Below, in pieces: positions 22,368 through 33,377 of a stretch of DNA of 64,000 nt. The position numbers and the translations under genes were made by a program. Numbering within the stretch: position 1 is the first letter of the stretch; the number at the start of each line of letters is the position of its first letter. A model generated the notes under the pieces. It was not told the DNA's origin, made no database searches, and worked only from the letters and a program-made list of their open reading frames with translations. Origin of the DNA: Prochlorococcus sp. HOT208_60m_813B04 (GTDB taxonomy: Bacteria > Cyanobacteriota > Cyanobacteriia > PCC-6307 > Cyanobiaceae); assembly GCA_002025975.1 (NCBI GenBank), contig MWOU01000110.1, forward strand, positions 312 to 64,311, read 5' to 3'.

Positions 22368-23864
22368 TTATGGATGGAAACCAAAAATGGAATTATTTCT
22401 TTTTTTAATTTCTTTTATGAAGGTACTGTAATTTTCAAAGACTGATAGTTCTGGATAAATTAAGTTATTTATTTTTTTTTGGAGATTATGCTTATCGTTT
22501 AAAAATAAAACAGATTTTTCTAGAACCTCAACCATAATTGAAACCGCAGTACTTGCTCCCGGGGAGGCTCCCAACAAAGCAGATAATGATCCATCAGATG
22601 AATTTACAATCTCAGTTCCAAATTTTAAAGAACCACCACCTTCAGTTTTTTTAATTATTTGGACTCTTTGACCAGCATTCTTTAAATACCAATCAGAAGG
22701 ATTAGCTGATGGCATCATATTCTTTAAATTCTCAACTCTTGAGTTATGGTTCTTTAATGATTGTGATATTAGGTAATTAATTAAATCGTTGTTCTTGAAA
22801 CCAACGTCTAACATAGAAAAAATATTATTCTTTTTAATTGAACTAAATAAGTCAAAGTATGAACTTTGTTTTAGAAATTTCGTTGTAAATCCTGCAAAAG
22901 GTCCATATAAAAGAAGTTTTTTATTATCAATCCATCTGGCGTCTAAATGAGGCACAGACATTGGTGGCGATCCAATATCAGCTTTACCATAAACTTTTGA
23001 GTTATGTTTTTCTGTTAGATCTTTTTTCTCGCAAATAAGCCATTTGCCACTAACAGGAAATCCACCATAACTTTTTGCTTCTGGAATTTTTGATTTTTGT
23101 AAATAATTAATTGTTTTTCCACCAGCACCAAGAAAAACGTAGCCAGTTCTAATTGAAGTTTTTCTACCTTTAGAACTGATTTCAAGTTCCCATTGTTTTT
23201 TATCAATTTTCTTTAAATCTACTAATTCTGTTTTGTATCTAATTTCAACATTTTTGTTTAAAGAAACTAATGACAAATACTCTTTAGTTAAAGCCTCAAA
23301 ATTAATATCAGTTCCTCTACCTATTCTGGTAGCAGCAATTTGAGTAGAAGGATTTCTATCTTTTGTTATTAGAGGAGCCCATGATGAAATTTCATTAAAA
23401 GAAGTAGAAAATTCCATGTCGATAAATTCAGGATTTTCGGTCATTTTCAGAAATCTTTTTTTTAAAAAAGAAATATTATCCTCACCAGACACAAAGCTTA
23501 TATGAGGAATAAATTTTAGAAACTTCTTAATATCAATCTTCCCAGCTTCATACAATGAGGCCCATAAAGACATGGATGTTTCAAAAGAACGATTTATTGA
23601 TAGCGCTTTATCTATTTTTAGATTTCCTTTTTCATTTAAAGGGGTATAGTTTAATTCGCAATTAGCCGCATGACCTGTACCTGCATTATTAAAAGCGCCA
23701 GTACTTTCACTTGCTGGAACATTTAATTTTTCTATAATAAGTAATTTTTTATCTGGTAAAACTTCTGAAATTAGGAGGGCTAAAGTACTACTCATTATCC
23801 CTGCTCCTACTAAGACTGCATCAAAGTAGCTATTATCATTAGTGGGATTTTTAGATGAAGTCAC
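22368..23864 (-). CDS. mqo: Malate:quinone oxidoreductase
   Basis: [50 protein letters not shown]. Confidence 0.95.
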   Translation of the reverse strand: MTSSKNPTNDNSYFDAVLVGAGIMSSTLALLISEVLPDKKLLIIEKLNVPASESTGAFNNAGTGHAANCELNYTPLNEKGNLKIDKALSINRSFETSMSLWASLYEAGKIDIKKFLKFIPHISFVSGEDNISFLKKRFLKMTENPEFIDMEFSTSFNEISSWAPLITKDRNPSTQIAATRIGRGTDINFEALTKEYLSLVSLNKNVEIRYKTELVDLKKIDKKQWELEISSKGRKTSIRTGYVFLGAGGKTINYLQKSKIPEAKSYGGFPVSGKWLICEKKDLTEKHNSKVYGKADIGSPPMSVPHLDARWIDNKKLLLYGPFAGFTTKFLKQSSYFDLFSSIKKNNIFSMLDVGFKNNDLINYLISQSLKNHNSRVENLKNMMPSANPSDWYLKNAGQRVQIIKKTEGGGSLKFGTEIVNSSDGSLSALLGASPGASTAVSIMVEVLEKSVLFLNDKHNLQKKINNLIYPELSVFENYSTFIKEIKKRNNSIFGFHP

Positions 23865-23934
23865 AACAGAAAATTATCTTTTTTGCAATTAATCAGATTT
23901 CTTTCTAGGCTTATTATAAAGTTAATCCAAAATT

Positions 23935-24180
23935 ATGAGTACTGAAACACTCTCGCTGACAAACGAAAATGTAGAAAAAGTCCTTGACGAGCTAAGACCT
24001 TTTTTAATTTCTGATGGAGGTAATGTAGAGATTGCAGAAATAGATGGTCCAATTGTCAAAGTCAGACTTCAAGGAGCATGTGGTAGTTGCCCTAGTAGCA
24101 CTATGACTCTGAAGATGGGTATTGAAAGAAAGTTAAAAGAAATGATTCCTGAAATAAGCGAAGTTGTTCAGGTTTTATAA
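23935..24180 (+). CDS. NifU/Nfu-type Fe-S scaffold
   Basis: [13 protein letters not shown]...[20 protein letters not shown]. Confidence 0.92.
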   Translation: MSTETLSLTNENVEKVLDELRPFLISDGGNVEIAEIDGPIVKVRLQGACGSCPSSTMTLKMGIERKLKEMIPEISEVVQVL

Positions 24181-24200
24181 AAATTCTTAACTGATATATA

Positions 24201-24458
24201 TTATTTAGTTTTTAATTCCTTCAACAAAGATGATTCCATATCTAGGCAATCAATTGGAAGTCCTTGACCGATAGCTATTAAAAGAGGTGCAAGAATTCCT
24301 AAAGTAAAAACTAAATTTGATTGGCTTACATCATATTTACTCAAAGTAAAAGTTATCAAATAAATAATTGAAAAATACGCATGTAGTGAAAAAAATTCTT
24401 TTGGCTTTAAAACTGGCCACCTTAAAGTATTTCCCAAGAAATATAAAAAACCTGTCAT
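24201..24458 (-). CDS. Hypothetical membrane protein
   Basis: ATG ORF with two hydrophobic segments. Confidence 0.6.
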   Translation of the reverse strand: MTGFLYFLGNTLRWPVLKPKEFFSLHAYFSIIYLITFTLSKYDVSQSNLVFTLGILAPLLIAIGQGLPIDCLDMESSLLKELKTK

Positions 24459-24609
24459 AAATGAATAGTTAAATTGAAGATTAAACCAAATACAAACATA
24501 AACCTTTTTAGAGACTATTTATAAAAAAATTTACCTAAAATAATAATTAAAAAAACATTAAATCTTCGTTTCTATTTGTAAAAGCTAGACATCCATAGAA
24601 TAATAAGTT

Positions 24610-24636
24610 TATAATTTATTTGGTAGCAATCGCTAC
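24610..24636 (+). promoter_or_regulatory. -10 box TATAAT followed by NtcA site GTA-N8-TAC
   Basis: TATAAT at 24610-24615; GTAGCAATCGCTAC at 24623-24636. Confidence 0.75.
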
Positions 24637-24640
24637 TTTT

Positions 24641-24697
24641 CGTTCACCCTCATTCGAGGGCGCAGTTCGAGTCATACCATGGAACGGGGGATGGCCG
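24641..24697 (+). ncRNA. Glutamine-II riboswitch (Downstream-peptide motif)
   Basis: CGTTCA-CCCTC(ATTC)GAGGG-CGCAGTTCGAGTCATACCATGGAACGGGG matches the recalled motif; directly upstream of a DUF4278 ORF. Confidence 0.8.
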
Positions 24698-24714
24698 TGT
24701 TGTCACATCGAAAC

Positions 24715-24888
24715 ATGACTACTTTAACTTACAGAGGTAAAAACTACGTTCAAAACAAAGAAGCTGCTGAAAAGCAACTTGTTGAACTTACCTACAGAAG
24801 AAACGTATACACCAACAGAATGGATGACGCTTCTTCAAGTAATGAAAAAGCAGAATTAAATTACAGAGGTGTTAATTACACTAAATAA
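24715..24888 (+). CDS. DUF4278 family small protein
   Basis: Three LxYRG/YRR repeats; ATG at 24715 preferred because 24679 lies inside the riboswitch. Confidence 0.8.
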   Translation: MTTLTYRGKNYVQNKEAAEKQLVELTYRRNVYTNRMDDASSSNEKAELNYRGVNYTK

Positions 24889-24904
24889 TTTAATTAAACA
24901 AATT

Positions 24905-24934
24905 AAAAGCCCCTTTTTCAGGGGCTTTTTTTTT
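24905..24934 (+). terminator. Intrinsic terminator
   Basis: AAAAGCCCCT-TTTTC-AGGGGCTTTT followed by a T-run. Confidence 0.85.
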
Positions 24935-24966
24935 GGCTATATTTATCAAGAGTCCTTTAAAAATTT

Positions 24967-25761
24967 ATGTCTGAAAGTTGCTGTAATACAAACACTTCAA
25001 ATAAAGCCTCTAATCAATTCGATCATAAAGATGCGATTCAAGAAAGATATGGTTCAGCAGCACTAGAAAAAGAAAGTTGTCTTTGTACACCAGTTGGGTT
25101 TAATCCCTTTTTACTTGAAGCAATTCCTCAAGAGGTTATAGAAAGAGACTATGGATGTGGTGATCCAACAAAATATGTTCAAAAAAATGATACAGTTTTA
25201 GATCTTGGAAGTGGTAGCGGCAAAAATGCTTTCATTTGTGCCCAAATTGTTGGAAAAGAAGGGAAAGTTATTGGAGTTGATCAGAATCCTGACATGCTTT
25301 CTTTATCAAGATCAGCATCTAGAGAAGTTACAAAAAATATAGGTTTCAACAATACAGAATTTCTAGAAGGTTCAATTGAAAAACTTGATGAATTAGATAA
25401 AGATTTAAATCCATTAATCGCAGATAAATCAGTTGATATTATTTTAAGTAATTGCGTTTTAAACTTGGTAAGTCCAGAATCTAGAAATAACCTTCTAAAC
25501 AACATAAAAAGAATTTTAAACGATAATGGAAGAATTGCAATTAGCGATATCGTCTCTAACAAAAAAGTTCCTTTAAGATTGCAAAATGATCATGATTTAT
25601 GGACAGGATGTATTAGTGGAGCATGGTATGAGCCAGAGTTTATAAGTGATTTTAAAGAACTAGGATTTAAAAATTTAGAATTTGCAGAAAGGAGTGCTGA
25701 ACCTTGGAAAGTAATTGAGGATATTGAATTTAGAACAGTAACTTTAGTAGGCAATATTTAA
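24967..25761 (+). CDS. SAM-dependent methyltransferase, arsenite methyltransferase (ArsM)-like
   Basis: YGCGDP, VLDLGSGSG, SNCVLNL, WTGCISGA. Confidence 0.7.
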   Translation: MSESCCNTNTSNKASNQFDHKDAIQERYGSAALEKESCLCTPVGFNPFLLEAIPQEVIERDYGCGDPTKYVQKNDTVLDLGSGSGKNAFICAQIVGKEGKVIGVDQNPDMLSLSRSASREVTKNIGFNNTEFLEGSIEKLDELDKDLNPLIADKSVDIILSNCVLNLVSPESRNNLLNNIKRILNDNGRIAISDIVSNKKVPLRLQNDHDLWTGCISGAWYEPEFISDFKELGFKNLEFAERSAEPWKVIEDIEFRTVTLVGNI

Positions 25762-25797
25762 AAAAATTCAAGAGTTGAAAATACAATATAAATTTCC

Positions 25798-26973
25798 ATG
25801 AGAAATAATCTAAGAGATCAAATACCCGCATTAAAAAATAAGTATTATTTCAACTATGGCGGTCAAGGACCACTACCAAAATCTTCTCTAGAAGCAATAG
25901 TTAAGACTTGGGAAATTATCCAAGATTTAGGACCATTTACCAATGATATGTGGCCTTTTATTTACAAAGAAATATTGACCACAAAAAGAATCATTGCACA
26001 AAAATTAGGTGTCAATTCAAAAAATGTAGCTTTTACCGAAAATATCTCTTCCGGTATGATTTTGCCCTTTTGGGGAATAAAAGTAAAAGAGGGAGAAGAG
26101 TTGTTAATAAGTGACTGTGAACATCCTGGAGTAGTGGCTGCAAGTCGAGAATTTTGCAGAAGAAATAAATTAATATTCAAAATTTTGCCAATCCAAAAAA
26201 TTAAAAATCTAAACGACGAAAATATAATTTTAGAGATTTTGAAAAATATAAATAGTAAGACTAAAATCCTAATTATTTCTCATATCTTATGGAACTTTGG
26301 ATATAAAATTCCTTTAAAACAAATTTCTATCGAATTAAAAAATAATCGAGAAAACTCTTATTTACTTGTTGATGGTGCTCAAACCTTTGGGCACATAAAT
26401 ATTGAAAAAGAAGTTTTTTATTCTGATTTATATTCAATAACTTCTCACAAATGGGCATGTGGACCAGAAGGACTTGGAGCCATTTATGTCTCAGATAGAT
26501 TTATTCGTGAAACAGATCCAACAATAATTGGTTGGAAATCATTAAAAAAAGAACAAGGCATTTATGAGCCTTCAGATAATCTTTTTCATGATGATGCAAG
26601 GAAATTTGAAATAGCTACCTCTTGTATTCCTTTACTTGCTGGGCTTCGGAATTCTTTAGATCTTTTGGATAAAGACTGCCATGAAAAAGAAAAAAACAAA
26701 AATATCAAAAAATTAAGTGGAAAACTTTGGGATGAATTAAATCAATTAAAGGGTGTTGAATTAGTTTTAGAAAAAAAATATTTAAATGGGATTGTTAGTT
26801 TTAATATCGAAAATATTAAAGATAAGGATAAATATGTAAAGAAACTTGGAGAAAAGAAAATTTGGATTAGAGTTTTAGAAGATCCAAAATGGTTTAGAGC
26901 ATGCGTACATCAAATGACTACAGAGGCTGAGATTGATTTACTTGCTAAAGAAATAAAAAAAATATTGACTTAA
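25798..26973 (+). CDS. Class V aminotransferase (cysteine/cystine lyase-like)
   Basis: YFNYGGQGP, EHP, VDGAQ, SHKWACGPEG. Confidence 0.85.
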   Translation: MRNNLRDQIPALKNKYYFNYGGQGPLPKSSLEAIVKTWEIIQDLGPFTNDMWPFIYKEILTTKRIIAQKLGVNSKNVAFTENISSGMILPFWGIKVKEGEELLISDCEHPGVVAASREFCRRNKLIFKILPIQKIKNLNDENIILEILKNINSKTKILIISHILWNFGYKIPLKQISIELKNNRENSYLLVDGAQTFGHINIEKEVFYSDLYSITSHKWACGPEGLGAIYVSDRFIRETDPTIIGWKSLKKEQGIYEPSDNLFHDDARKFEIATSCIPLLAGLRNSLDLLDKDCHEKEKNKNIKKLSGKLWDELNQLKGVELVLEKKYLNGIVSFNIENIKDKDKYVKKLGEKKIWIRVLEDPKWFRACVHQMTTEAEIDLLAKEIKKILT

Positions 26974-27001
26974 AGATCTATTGATGTAAAAAAAATTTAG
27001 T

Positions 27002-27706
27002 TTACCAAGGTATCTCCGAATTGTCCCATGCAATAAATTTTCCTGTAGATTCTGGTGATTGATTTTTAATAATATTGATCAGGAATTGGGAGGATTTTTC
27101 TTTACTAAATAATTTATGTTCTGGAACAAATTTATGAAAAGGTCTAGATAAATCAGTATCTACTGTTCCTGGATGAAGCAATGTGATAGCAGCCTTTGGG
27201 AAACGTCTAGCCCATTCAATACTTAAAGATTTAAAAAACTGATTTTGCGCAGATTTTGCAGCTCTATATGAATACCAACCTCCAGTTTGATTATCTCCAA
27301 TGCTACCAACTCTTGCACTTATACTTGCAAAATTAAAATTAAAATCTTTTGGTATAAATTCTTCAATCGCTTTAGCTAATAAAATAGGAGAAAAGGCATT
27401 TATTGAAAAACTTTCCATCATATTTTTTTTATCAAGATGTTGTAATCTTTTTTCTGGTTGAAGAGAATCACTATGAAGTCTACCTGTAGCATTAACAACT
27501 AGCCTTAATTTTGAAGGATGATTTGATATTTTATTTTTCAACTGCAAAAGGGATTGAGAATCCTCTATGTCTAATTCCCAAAAAGGATTAAATTCACTTT
27601 TTCTTCCACACAAAACAACATCTAAATCTTTTTCACTTTCATTCAGATCTTTAGCTAGTTGTGTTCCAATTCCACCTGCACCTACAACTAAGGCTAAGCC
27701 TTTCAT
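27002..27706 (-). CDS. SDR oxidoreductase, C-factor/CsgA-like
   Basis: GAGGIG, SARVGSIGDN..GGWYSYRAAK, LHPGTVDTDLS. Confidence 0.88.
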   Translation of the reverse strand: MKGLALVVGAGGIGTQLAKDLNESEKDLDVVLCGRKSEFNPFWELDIEDSQSLLQLKNKISNHPSKLRLVVNATGRLHSDSLQPEKRLQHLDKKNMMESFSINAFSPILLAKAIEEFIPKDFNFNFASISARVGSIGDNQTGGWYSYRAAKSAQNQFFKSLSIEWARRFPKAAITLLHPGTVDTDLSRPFHKFVPEHKLFSKEKSSQFLINIIKNQSPESTGKFIAWDNSEIPW

Positions 27707-27787
27707 TTTATTAAAAATAACTCCATAGATTCTAAGAAACTTTTCTTGTGATTTGCGTAAAAATCTTTCTTATTTAATTAGGAAATT

Positions 27788-29323
27788 TTATTGAGATTTA
27801 TTTTTTTCTTTTAATAATTTATAAGCTATTTTTCTATCATCAAAATTAATAACTTTATCATTGAGAATTTGGTAGTCTTCATGTCCTTTTCCTGCAATTA
27901 AAACAATATCTTTTTTATTGGCAAATTTAATAGATTTATTTATTGCTTTAAATCTATCTATTTCAATTGTTATTTTTTCTCTTTTTTTTATACCCATCAA
28001 AATATCATTTACTATCTTTTGGGGTTCTTCTGATCTTGGATTATCTGAAGTTATAAAAAGTTGATCAGACAACTCTTCAGCTATTGATCCCATCAAAGGC
28101 CTTTTACTACGATCACGATCTCCGCCACAGCCAAAAACAGTTATTAGTTTCCCTTCACAAAGTTTTTTAATTGATTGCAAAACTTTTTTTAATCCATCAG
28201 GAGTGTGGGCATAATCAACAATTACTGTTGGAAGAGATCTTGAAACGTCATTATCATCAATTTGTATTTTCTCCATTCTCCCAGGAGCACCAGGGAAAGA
28301 TTGTATTAACTTTGATAAAACTTTTAAAGAAAAATTCAGTTTATACAAAATTGTTATTGCTTGAATCGCATTCATTAAATTAAATTCACCAACAAGTGGA
28401 ACAAAAAGTTGAATTTTTTCCCTAGGTGTATGAAAAATACAAGTGGAACCACTTTCAGTAAATTTTTTATCTGTTACGAAAAAAAAATCATCATTTTCAA
28501 ATTCACTTTCAGTATTCTTTGTAGACACTAATGAAGATCTTTTTTCAAGATCAGACGATAATTTAGATATCCAATGATCATCGTGATTTAATACAGAAAT
28601 TCCATCCTTTTCTATTAAATAAGGTGGGAAAAACAATTTTCTTTTTGTTTGAAAATAAGATTCCATATCTGAGTGATAATCAAGATGATCTTGAGTTAAA
28701 TTAGTAAAAATAGCCGCCTCAAATTCACATCCTGATATCCTCTTTTGAGCAATAGAATGAGAACTTACCTCTAATATCGCGAATTCAGATTCTGCCTCAA
28801 CAGCAGCATTTAATTTCTTTTGAAGTTTATCGGCGAAATCAGTTGTATGAGAAGCTACTTCTGAGAAGCCAGGCCATCTATTAAACAAGGTCCCAAATAA
28901 TGCGGTCTTTTTCCCTAATTTTTTTAAAAGATATTCCAATAAGAAAGTAATTGTCGTTTTTCCATTAGTACCAGTAACACCAATAAGTTTAAGTTTTCTT
29001 GAAGGCCTATTCCAAAACTCAGCGACAATTTGACCAAAAATATAATCTAAATTATCCTCAATAACCAAAATCCTTTCTCGATCAATAGATCCAATTCTCT
29101 CTTTTGCAGCAGACCCAATAATGGCAGCCTCCGCGCCATTTTCAATTGCCTCGATACAAAATTTTCCTCCATCAACATTTAAACCAGGCATTCCTAAAAA
29201 TAAAGTTCCTTTTTGTACTTCTTTAGAGTTAAAAGAAATATTATTGATTTCATGATCGATTAAATCTAATGAAGGAATAATTCCTACTAAATCTAAAAGT
29301 TTATGTAATTTTATAGATCTCAT
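27788..29323 (-). CDS. murE: UDP-MurNAc-tripeptide (mDAP) ligase
   Basis: GVTGTNGKTT, EVSSH, DHLDYH, DYAHTPD, DNPR, AGKGHEDYQ. Confidence 0.96.
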   Translation of the reverse strand: MRSIKLHKLLDLVGIIPSLDLIDHEINNISFNSKEVQKGTLFLGMPGLNVDGGKFCIEAIENGAEAAIIGSAAKERIGSIDRERILVIEDNLDYIFGQIVAEFWNRPSRKLKLIGVTGTNGKTTITFLLEYLLKKLGKKTALFGTLFNRWPGFSEVASHTTDFADKLQKKLNAAVEAESEFAILEVSSHSIAQKRISGCEFEAAIFTNLTQDHLDYHSDMESYFQTKRKLFFPPYLIEKDGISVLNHDDHWISKLSSDLEKRSSLVSTKNTESEFENDDFFFVTDKKFTESGSTCIFHTPREKIQLFVPLVGEFNLMNAIQAITILYKLNFSLKVLSKLIQSFPGAPGRMEKIQIDDNDVSRSLPTVIVDYAHTPDGLKKVLQSIKKLCEGKLITVFGCGGDRDRSKRPLMGSIAEELSDQLFITSDNPRSEEPQKIVNDILMGIKKREKITIEIDRFKAINKSIKFANKKDIVLIAGKGHEDYQILNDKVINFDDRKIAYKLLKEKNKSQ

Positions 29324-29332
29324 ATAAAAAAA

Positions 29333-29635
29333 TTATTTCTCCAGAATGGTACTAATATTTTTTTGAAACCAATTCTTTAATTGATCATCTTTTAATCTTG
29401 GAGAAATGCGAGGCAATTCTATGATCTCCTCAGACCTAATTCTTTCAATAGCAATAACAGGTACTTCATAATCATATTTTTTATATTTATCTTTATATAA
29501 ATCGACCCTATCAATATCAATTTCTTTAAGCTCTTCTAGATTGGGGAATAACTCATTAAGATTTATTTTTGCCAGTTTGTTTTTTAATGAATCACAAAGG
29601 CAACATCCCTGCCTAACAAAAATAAATATTTTCAT
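29333..29635 (-). CDS. Glutaredoxin-like protein (DUF836)
   Basis: RQGCCLCD...YDYEVPV...LPRISPR. Confidence 0.75.
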   Translation of the reverse strand: MKIFIFVRQGCCLCDSLKNKLAKINLNELFPNLEELKEIDIDRVDLYKDKYKKYDYEVPVIAIERIRSEEIIELPRISPRLKDDQLKNWFQKNISTILEK

Positions 29636-29639
29636 TCAT

Positions 29640-29876
29640 TTAGTCAGGCACAGGGTCACATCCACAGGGAGTTAAAGGATGACATCTGCTTAATCTTTTT
29701 AAAGTTAACCACCCTCCCTTCCAAGGACCATGTCTAGTAATTGCCTCATATCCATAAGAGCTGCAACTTGGAATAAATCTGCATCTTGGTCCGAAAAAAG
29801 GAGAAAACCACTTTTGATAAAACGAAATCAAAAAAAGAAGTATAGAAGTAATTGATTTATTAATAGTTTTGAACAC
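29640..29876 (-). CDS. yidD: Membrane protein insertion efficiency factor
   Basis: [18 protein letters not shown]...RLSRCHP. Confidence 0.92.
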   Translation of the reverse strand: MFKTINKSITSILLFLISFYQKWFSPFFGPRCRFIPSCSSYGYEAITRHGPWKGGWLTLKRLSRCHPLTPCGCDPVPD

Positions 29877-29971
29877 TTTAATGATGTAAAATAATATTTC
29901 CAGTAGTAATTAGTTTAATTGAATTTAATCAATTATCCAATTTATTGCAAATTTCTATTTAATTTTAAATT

Positions 29972-30580
29972 ATGTCAAGATACCGCGGCCCCAGATTAAG
30001 GGTTACGCGTCGCTTGGGAGAACTACCAGGTCTCACCAGGAAAGCTTCAAAGAAGTCTAATCCTCCAGGTCAGCACGGCCAAGCCCGTCGCAAGCGATCA
30101 GAATATGCAATTCGTCTAGAAGAAAAGCAGAAGCTTAGGTTTAATTATGGAGTTTCTGAAAAACAACTAGTTCGTTATGTAAAAAAAGCTAGAGCTCAAG
30201 AAGGATCTACAGGAACTAACCTACTAAGACTTTTGGAAAACAGACTTGATAATGTTTGTTTTAGATTAGGTTTTGGAGGTACCATTCCAGGCTCAAGACA
30301 ATTAGTAAATCATGGCCATGTAACCGTTAATGGAAAGGTTCTTGATATTGCTGGTTATCAATGCAAATCAGGCGATATAATCGGAATTAAAGAAAACAAA
30401 GCAAGCAAAAAACTTGTTGAAGGTAATATAGAATTTCCTGGCTTAGCAAATGTTCCACCTCATCTTGATTTAGACAAACCTAAATTAACGGGAAAAATAA
30501 CTGGAAAATGCGATAGAGAGTGGGTGGCTCTTGAAATAAACGAATTACTAGTTGTTGAATATTATTCAAGAAAAGTTTAA
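29972..30580 (+). CDS. rpsD: 30S ribosomal protein S4
   Basis: [29 protein letters not shown]. Confidence 0.98.
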   Translation: MSRYRGPRLRVTRRLGELPGLTRKASKKSNPPGQHGQARRKRSEYAIRLEEKQKLRFNYGVSEKQLVRYVKKARAQEGSTGTNLLRLLENRLDNVCFRLGFGGTIPGSRQLVNHGHVTVNGKVLDIAGYQCKSGDIIGIKENKASKKLVEGNIEFPGLANVPPHLDLDKPKLTGKITGKCDREWVALEINELLVVEYYSRKV

Positions 30581-30599
30581 TACTACTTTTGTTTGGATT

Positions 30600-30634
30600 A
30601 TTAAATCTCTCATTAAAAAAATGAGAGATTTAAT
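30600..30634 (+). terminator. AT-rich stem-loop after rpsD
   Basis: ATTAAATCTCTCAT / ATGAGAGATTTAAT perfect inverted repeat. Confidence 0.65.
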
Positions 30635-30656
30635 TTAATTCTTATTTTTAAAAATA

Positions 30657-31820
30657 ATGGGAAATAAGGAAAATAATATCAAAAAGCCAGGTTTTAAGAC
30701 CCTATCCATTCACCATGGGCAAACGTTTGCAGAAGAAACTGGATGCGTTATGCCTCCTATTTTTTCTACATCCACTTTTAAACATGGAAATAAAGATAAT
30801 TTCGACTACACCAGATCAGGCAATCCAAACTTTAGAATTCTAGAAAGCGTCCTTAAATCAATAGAAGATTCTAAATACTGTACAGTTTTTGGATCTGGAA
30901 TTAGCGCGGTAACTGCAATTTCATCAACACTTAAATCAGGTGACAAGATACTCTGCGAGTCAAATCTCTATGGTTGTACAGTGAGGATGTTCGAAAAAGT
31001 TTTCAAGAAATTTGGACTAGAAGTTTTATACACAGATTTTACAAACGAAAATAATGTCAAAAAGATTTCAAACTTCGAGCCAACCTTGATATGGCTAGAA
31101 AGTCCAACTAATCCACTTTTGAAGGTACTCGATATTAAGGCGATTTGTGATGAAGCGAATAAACTCGAAATACCAGTAGTTGTAGACAACACATTTTCTA
31201 CAGCGCTTATTCAAAAACCATTGGACCTTGGTGCAACACTATCGGTTGTAAGCACCACAAAATTCATTAATGGGCATAGTGACGCACTTGGCGGAGCAGT
31301 ACTTACAAATAATGAAGAATGGAATAGTAAGATGCTCTTCTCTCAAAAAGCTCTCGGGCTTCAACCATCTCCTTTTGATAGTTGGCTCATTACGAGAGGA
31401 GTAAAAACTCTTCCTTTGAGAATCGAACAACAAACTAAAAGTGCAGAATTTATTTCTGAAGAATTAGGTAATCATAAAATTATTAGTAAAGTAATTTACC
31501 CTTTTAATAAAGAACATCCCCAATTTAATTTAGCAAAATCGCAAATGAAATCTGGAGGTTCAATGATCACCCTAAAATTAAATTTAAATAAAGAGGATAC
31601 TTTTAAATTTTGCAAATCTCTCAAATATTTCTCTCTAGCAGAAAGCCTTGGAGGAGTTGAAAGTTTAATTTGTCACCCTGCAACGATGACTCATGCTTCT
31701 GTTGATGACAAAACAAAAAATCTACTAGGGATAGATGATGCTCTTATCAGATTATCAATTGGATGTGAAGATACAAACGATTTAATCTCGGACATTTTAT
31801 TTGCTTTAAATAAATTCTGA
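30657..31820 (+). CDS. metB: Cystathionine gamma-synthase/lyase family
   Basis: YTRSGNP, ESPTNP, VDNTF, STTKFINGHSD, AESLGGVESL. Confidence 0.8.
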   Translation: MGNKENNIKKPGFKTLSIHHGQTFAEETGCVMPPIFSTSTFKHGNKDNFDYTRSGNPNFRILESVLKSIEDSKYCTVFGSGISAVTAISSTLKSGDKILCESNLYGCTVRMFEKVFKKFGLEVLYTDFTNENNVKKISNFEPTLIWLESPTNPLLKVLDIKAICDEANKLEIPVVVDNTFSTALIQKPLDLGATLSVVSTTKFINGHSDALGGAVLTNNEEWNSKMLFSQKALGLQPSPFDSWLITRGVKTLPLRIEQQTKSAEFISEELGNHKIISKVIYPFNKEHPQFNLAKSQMKSGGSMITLKLNLNKEDTFKFCKSLKYFSLAESLGGVESLICHPATMTHASVDDKTKNLLGIDDALIRLSIGCEDTNDLISDILFALNKF

Positions 31821-31823
31821 AAA

Positions 31824-33293
31824 TTGAGAGATTTACTTAAAAAACCTATATGGAAAAATTTAGAATTGGGATATGCAATTCCTGATAGTATTCATGCCGT
31901 TTCTGTAGCATTACCAACTTGGAATGATGTAATAAATTACGAGGAAAAAGATCAAGAATGCATGAATTTATTGAAGTCCATTTACCCACGATTCGGGCTA
32001 AACCCCATAGTGAAAAGATTATGCGAAAAAGTAAAAAAGCAAAATTACTACAACAATAAAAGTATCTGGCCATATCCGAATGAAAGCATAGCTTTTAAAG
32101 CTAAAAAATACATTGATAGAAATACTTCTGAACAATTCTCGTTAATAGAAAAAAGAAATAATTTAGCTTTCTTAATAACTGAAAAAGAAGGAAGTATTTA
32201 TGCAAAATATTTTTGGCAACATACTGGTCTTGGCCTATCTTCAAGAGCTGCCGCTATAGAACTAGGCCTTGAAGATTGCCCTCCCAAATCTTACGTAAAT
32301 GAATGTTCTCAAAGAATAAAAAATAGAATTTCTAAATCTACAAAAATTGACTCTAATGATATTCACTTAACTTCATCTGGAATGTCTGCATTGCATACAT
32401 CATTAGAAATCATATATAAATTATTTCCAGCTAAACCAACACTCCAAGTTGGTTTTCCATATGTAGATGTACTTAAATTACCAATGAAAATCTTTCACGG
32501 AGCAAAGTTAATTACAGAAGAAAATTGCGCGGATATTGAATTAGAAATCAAAAGAATAAATCCATCAGCATTAATTATTGAACTTCCAAGTAATCCAATG
32601 CTCAAATGTGTAAACATTAAAAAAATTTCAAAAATTGCAAAAAAGCTCAATATTCCGTTAATTGTTGACGATACAATTGGTTCGAATTTAAATATAAATT
32701 CCATAGAACATGCAGATATAGTTTTTACTTCACTTACAAAAATTTTTTCAGGAAGTGGTGATATTCTTGCTGGATCATTAATACTAAATCCAAAAAGCAA
32801 ATGGATTGATCAGTTTAGAAATGCATTAAACGAGATTAATATTCCAGTACTTTCCGATGGAGATATAGTTTATCTAGAGAAAGTTAGTAGAGATGTAAAT
32901 CAAAGAGTTTTTGAACAAAATAAAGCATGTTTAGAATTAAAAAAAAGATTAGAGACTCATAGCGAGATTAAAAATATTTTCCATCCTGAAAATTGTCCAA
33001 ATTTTAATTCTTTACTTACTTCTAATGGGGGATACGGATGCTTATTATCGTTTGAATTAAATGGAGGATTGAACAAAGCTAAAAAATTTTATGATTCTCT
33101 AAAAGTATCTAAAGGACCTAGTTTAGGTACAAAATTTACTCTAGTTTGTCCTTATGTTTTACTAGCTCATTATGACGAGTTGGATTGGGCTGAAAGTTTT
33201 GGTATACCATCGCACCTTATTAGAGTATCAGTTGGATTAGAAGAGCAAGATCAATTATGGAAAACCTTTTCTGAAGCACTAAATAATTTCTAA
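31824..33293 (+). CDS. PLP-dependent transsulfuration enzyme (cystathionine gamma-synthase-like)
   Basis: GFPYVD, ELPSNP, VDDTIG, SLTKIFSG, KGPSLGT, RVSVGLE. Confidence 0.8.
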   Translation: MRDLLKKPIWKNLELGYAIPDSIHAVSVALPTWNDVINYEEKDQECMNLLKSIYPRFGLNPIVKRLCEKVKKQNYYNNKSIWPYPNESIAFKAKKYIDRNTSEQFSLIEKRNNLAFLITEKEGSIYAKYFWQHTGLGLSSRAAAIELGLEDCPPKSYVNECSQRIKNRISKSTKIDSNDIHLTSSGMSALHTSLEIIYKLFPAKPTLQVGFPYVDVLKLPMKIFHGAKLITEENCADIELEIKRINPSALIIELPSNPMLKCVNIKKISKIAKKLNIPLIVDDTIGSNLNINSIEHADIVFTSLTKIFSGSGDILAGSLILNPKSKWIDQFRNALNEINIPVLSDGDIVYLEKVSRDVNQRVFEQNKACLELKKRLETHSEIKNIFHPENCPNFNSLLTSNGGYGCLLSFELNGGLNKAKKFYDSLKVSKGPSLGTKFTLVCPYVLLAHYDELDWAESFGIPSHLIRVSVGLEEQDQLWKTFSEALNNF

Positions 33294-33377
33294 ATTCCTA
33301 GTATTTACCGTATAGAAACTTATATACTCTTTTTCTGAAAAATAGTTAGTATTAATATATATTTCCTAAATATATAA

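Noticed and set aside
24679-24714. N-terminal extension MERGMAVLSHRN of the DUF4278 ORF
   Set aside because: That ATG lies within the conserved riboswitch core (CCATGGAACG).
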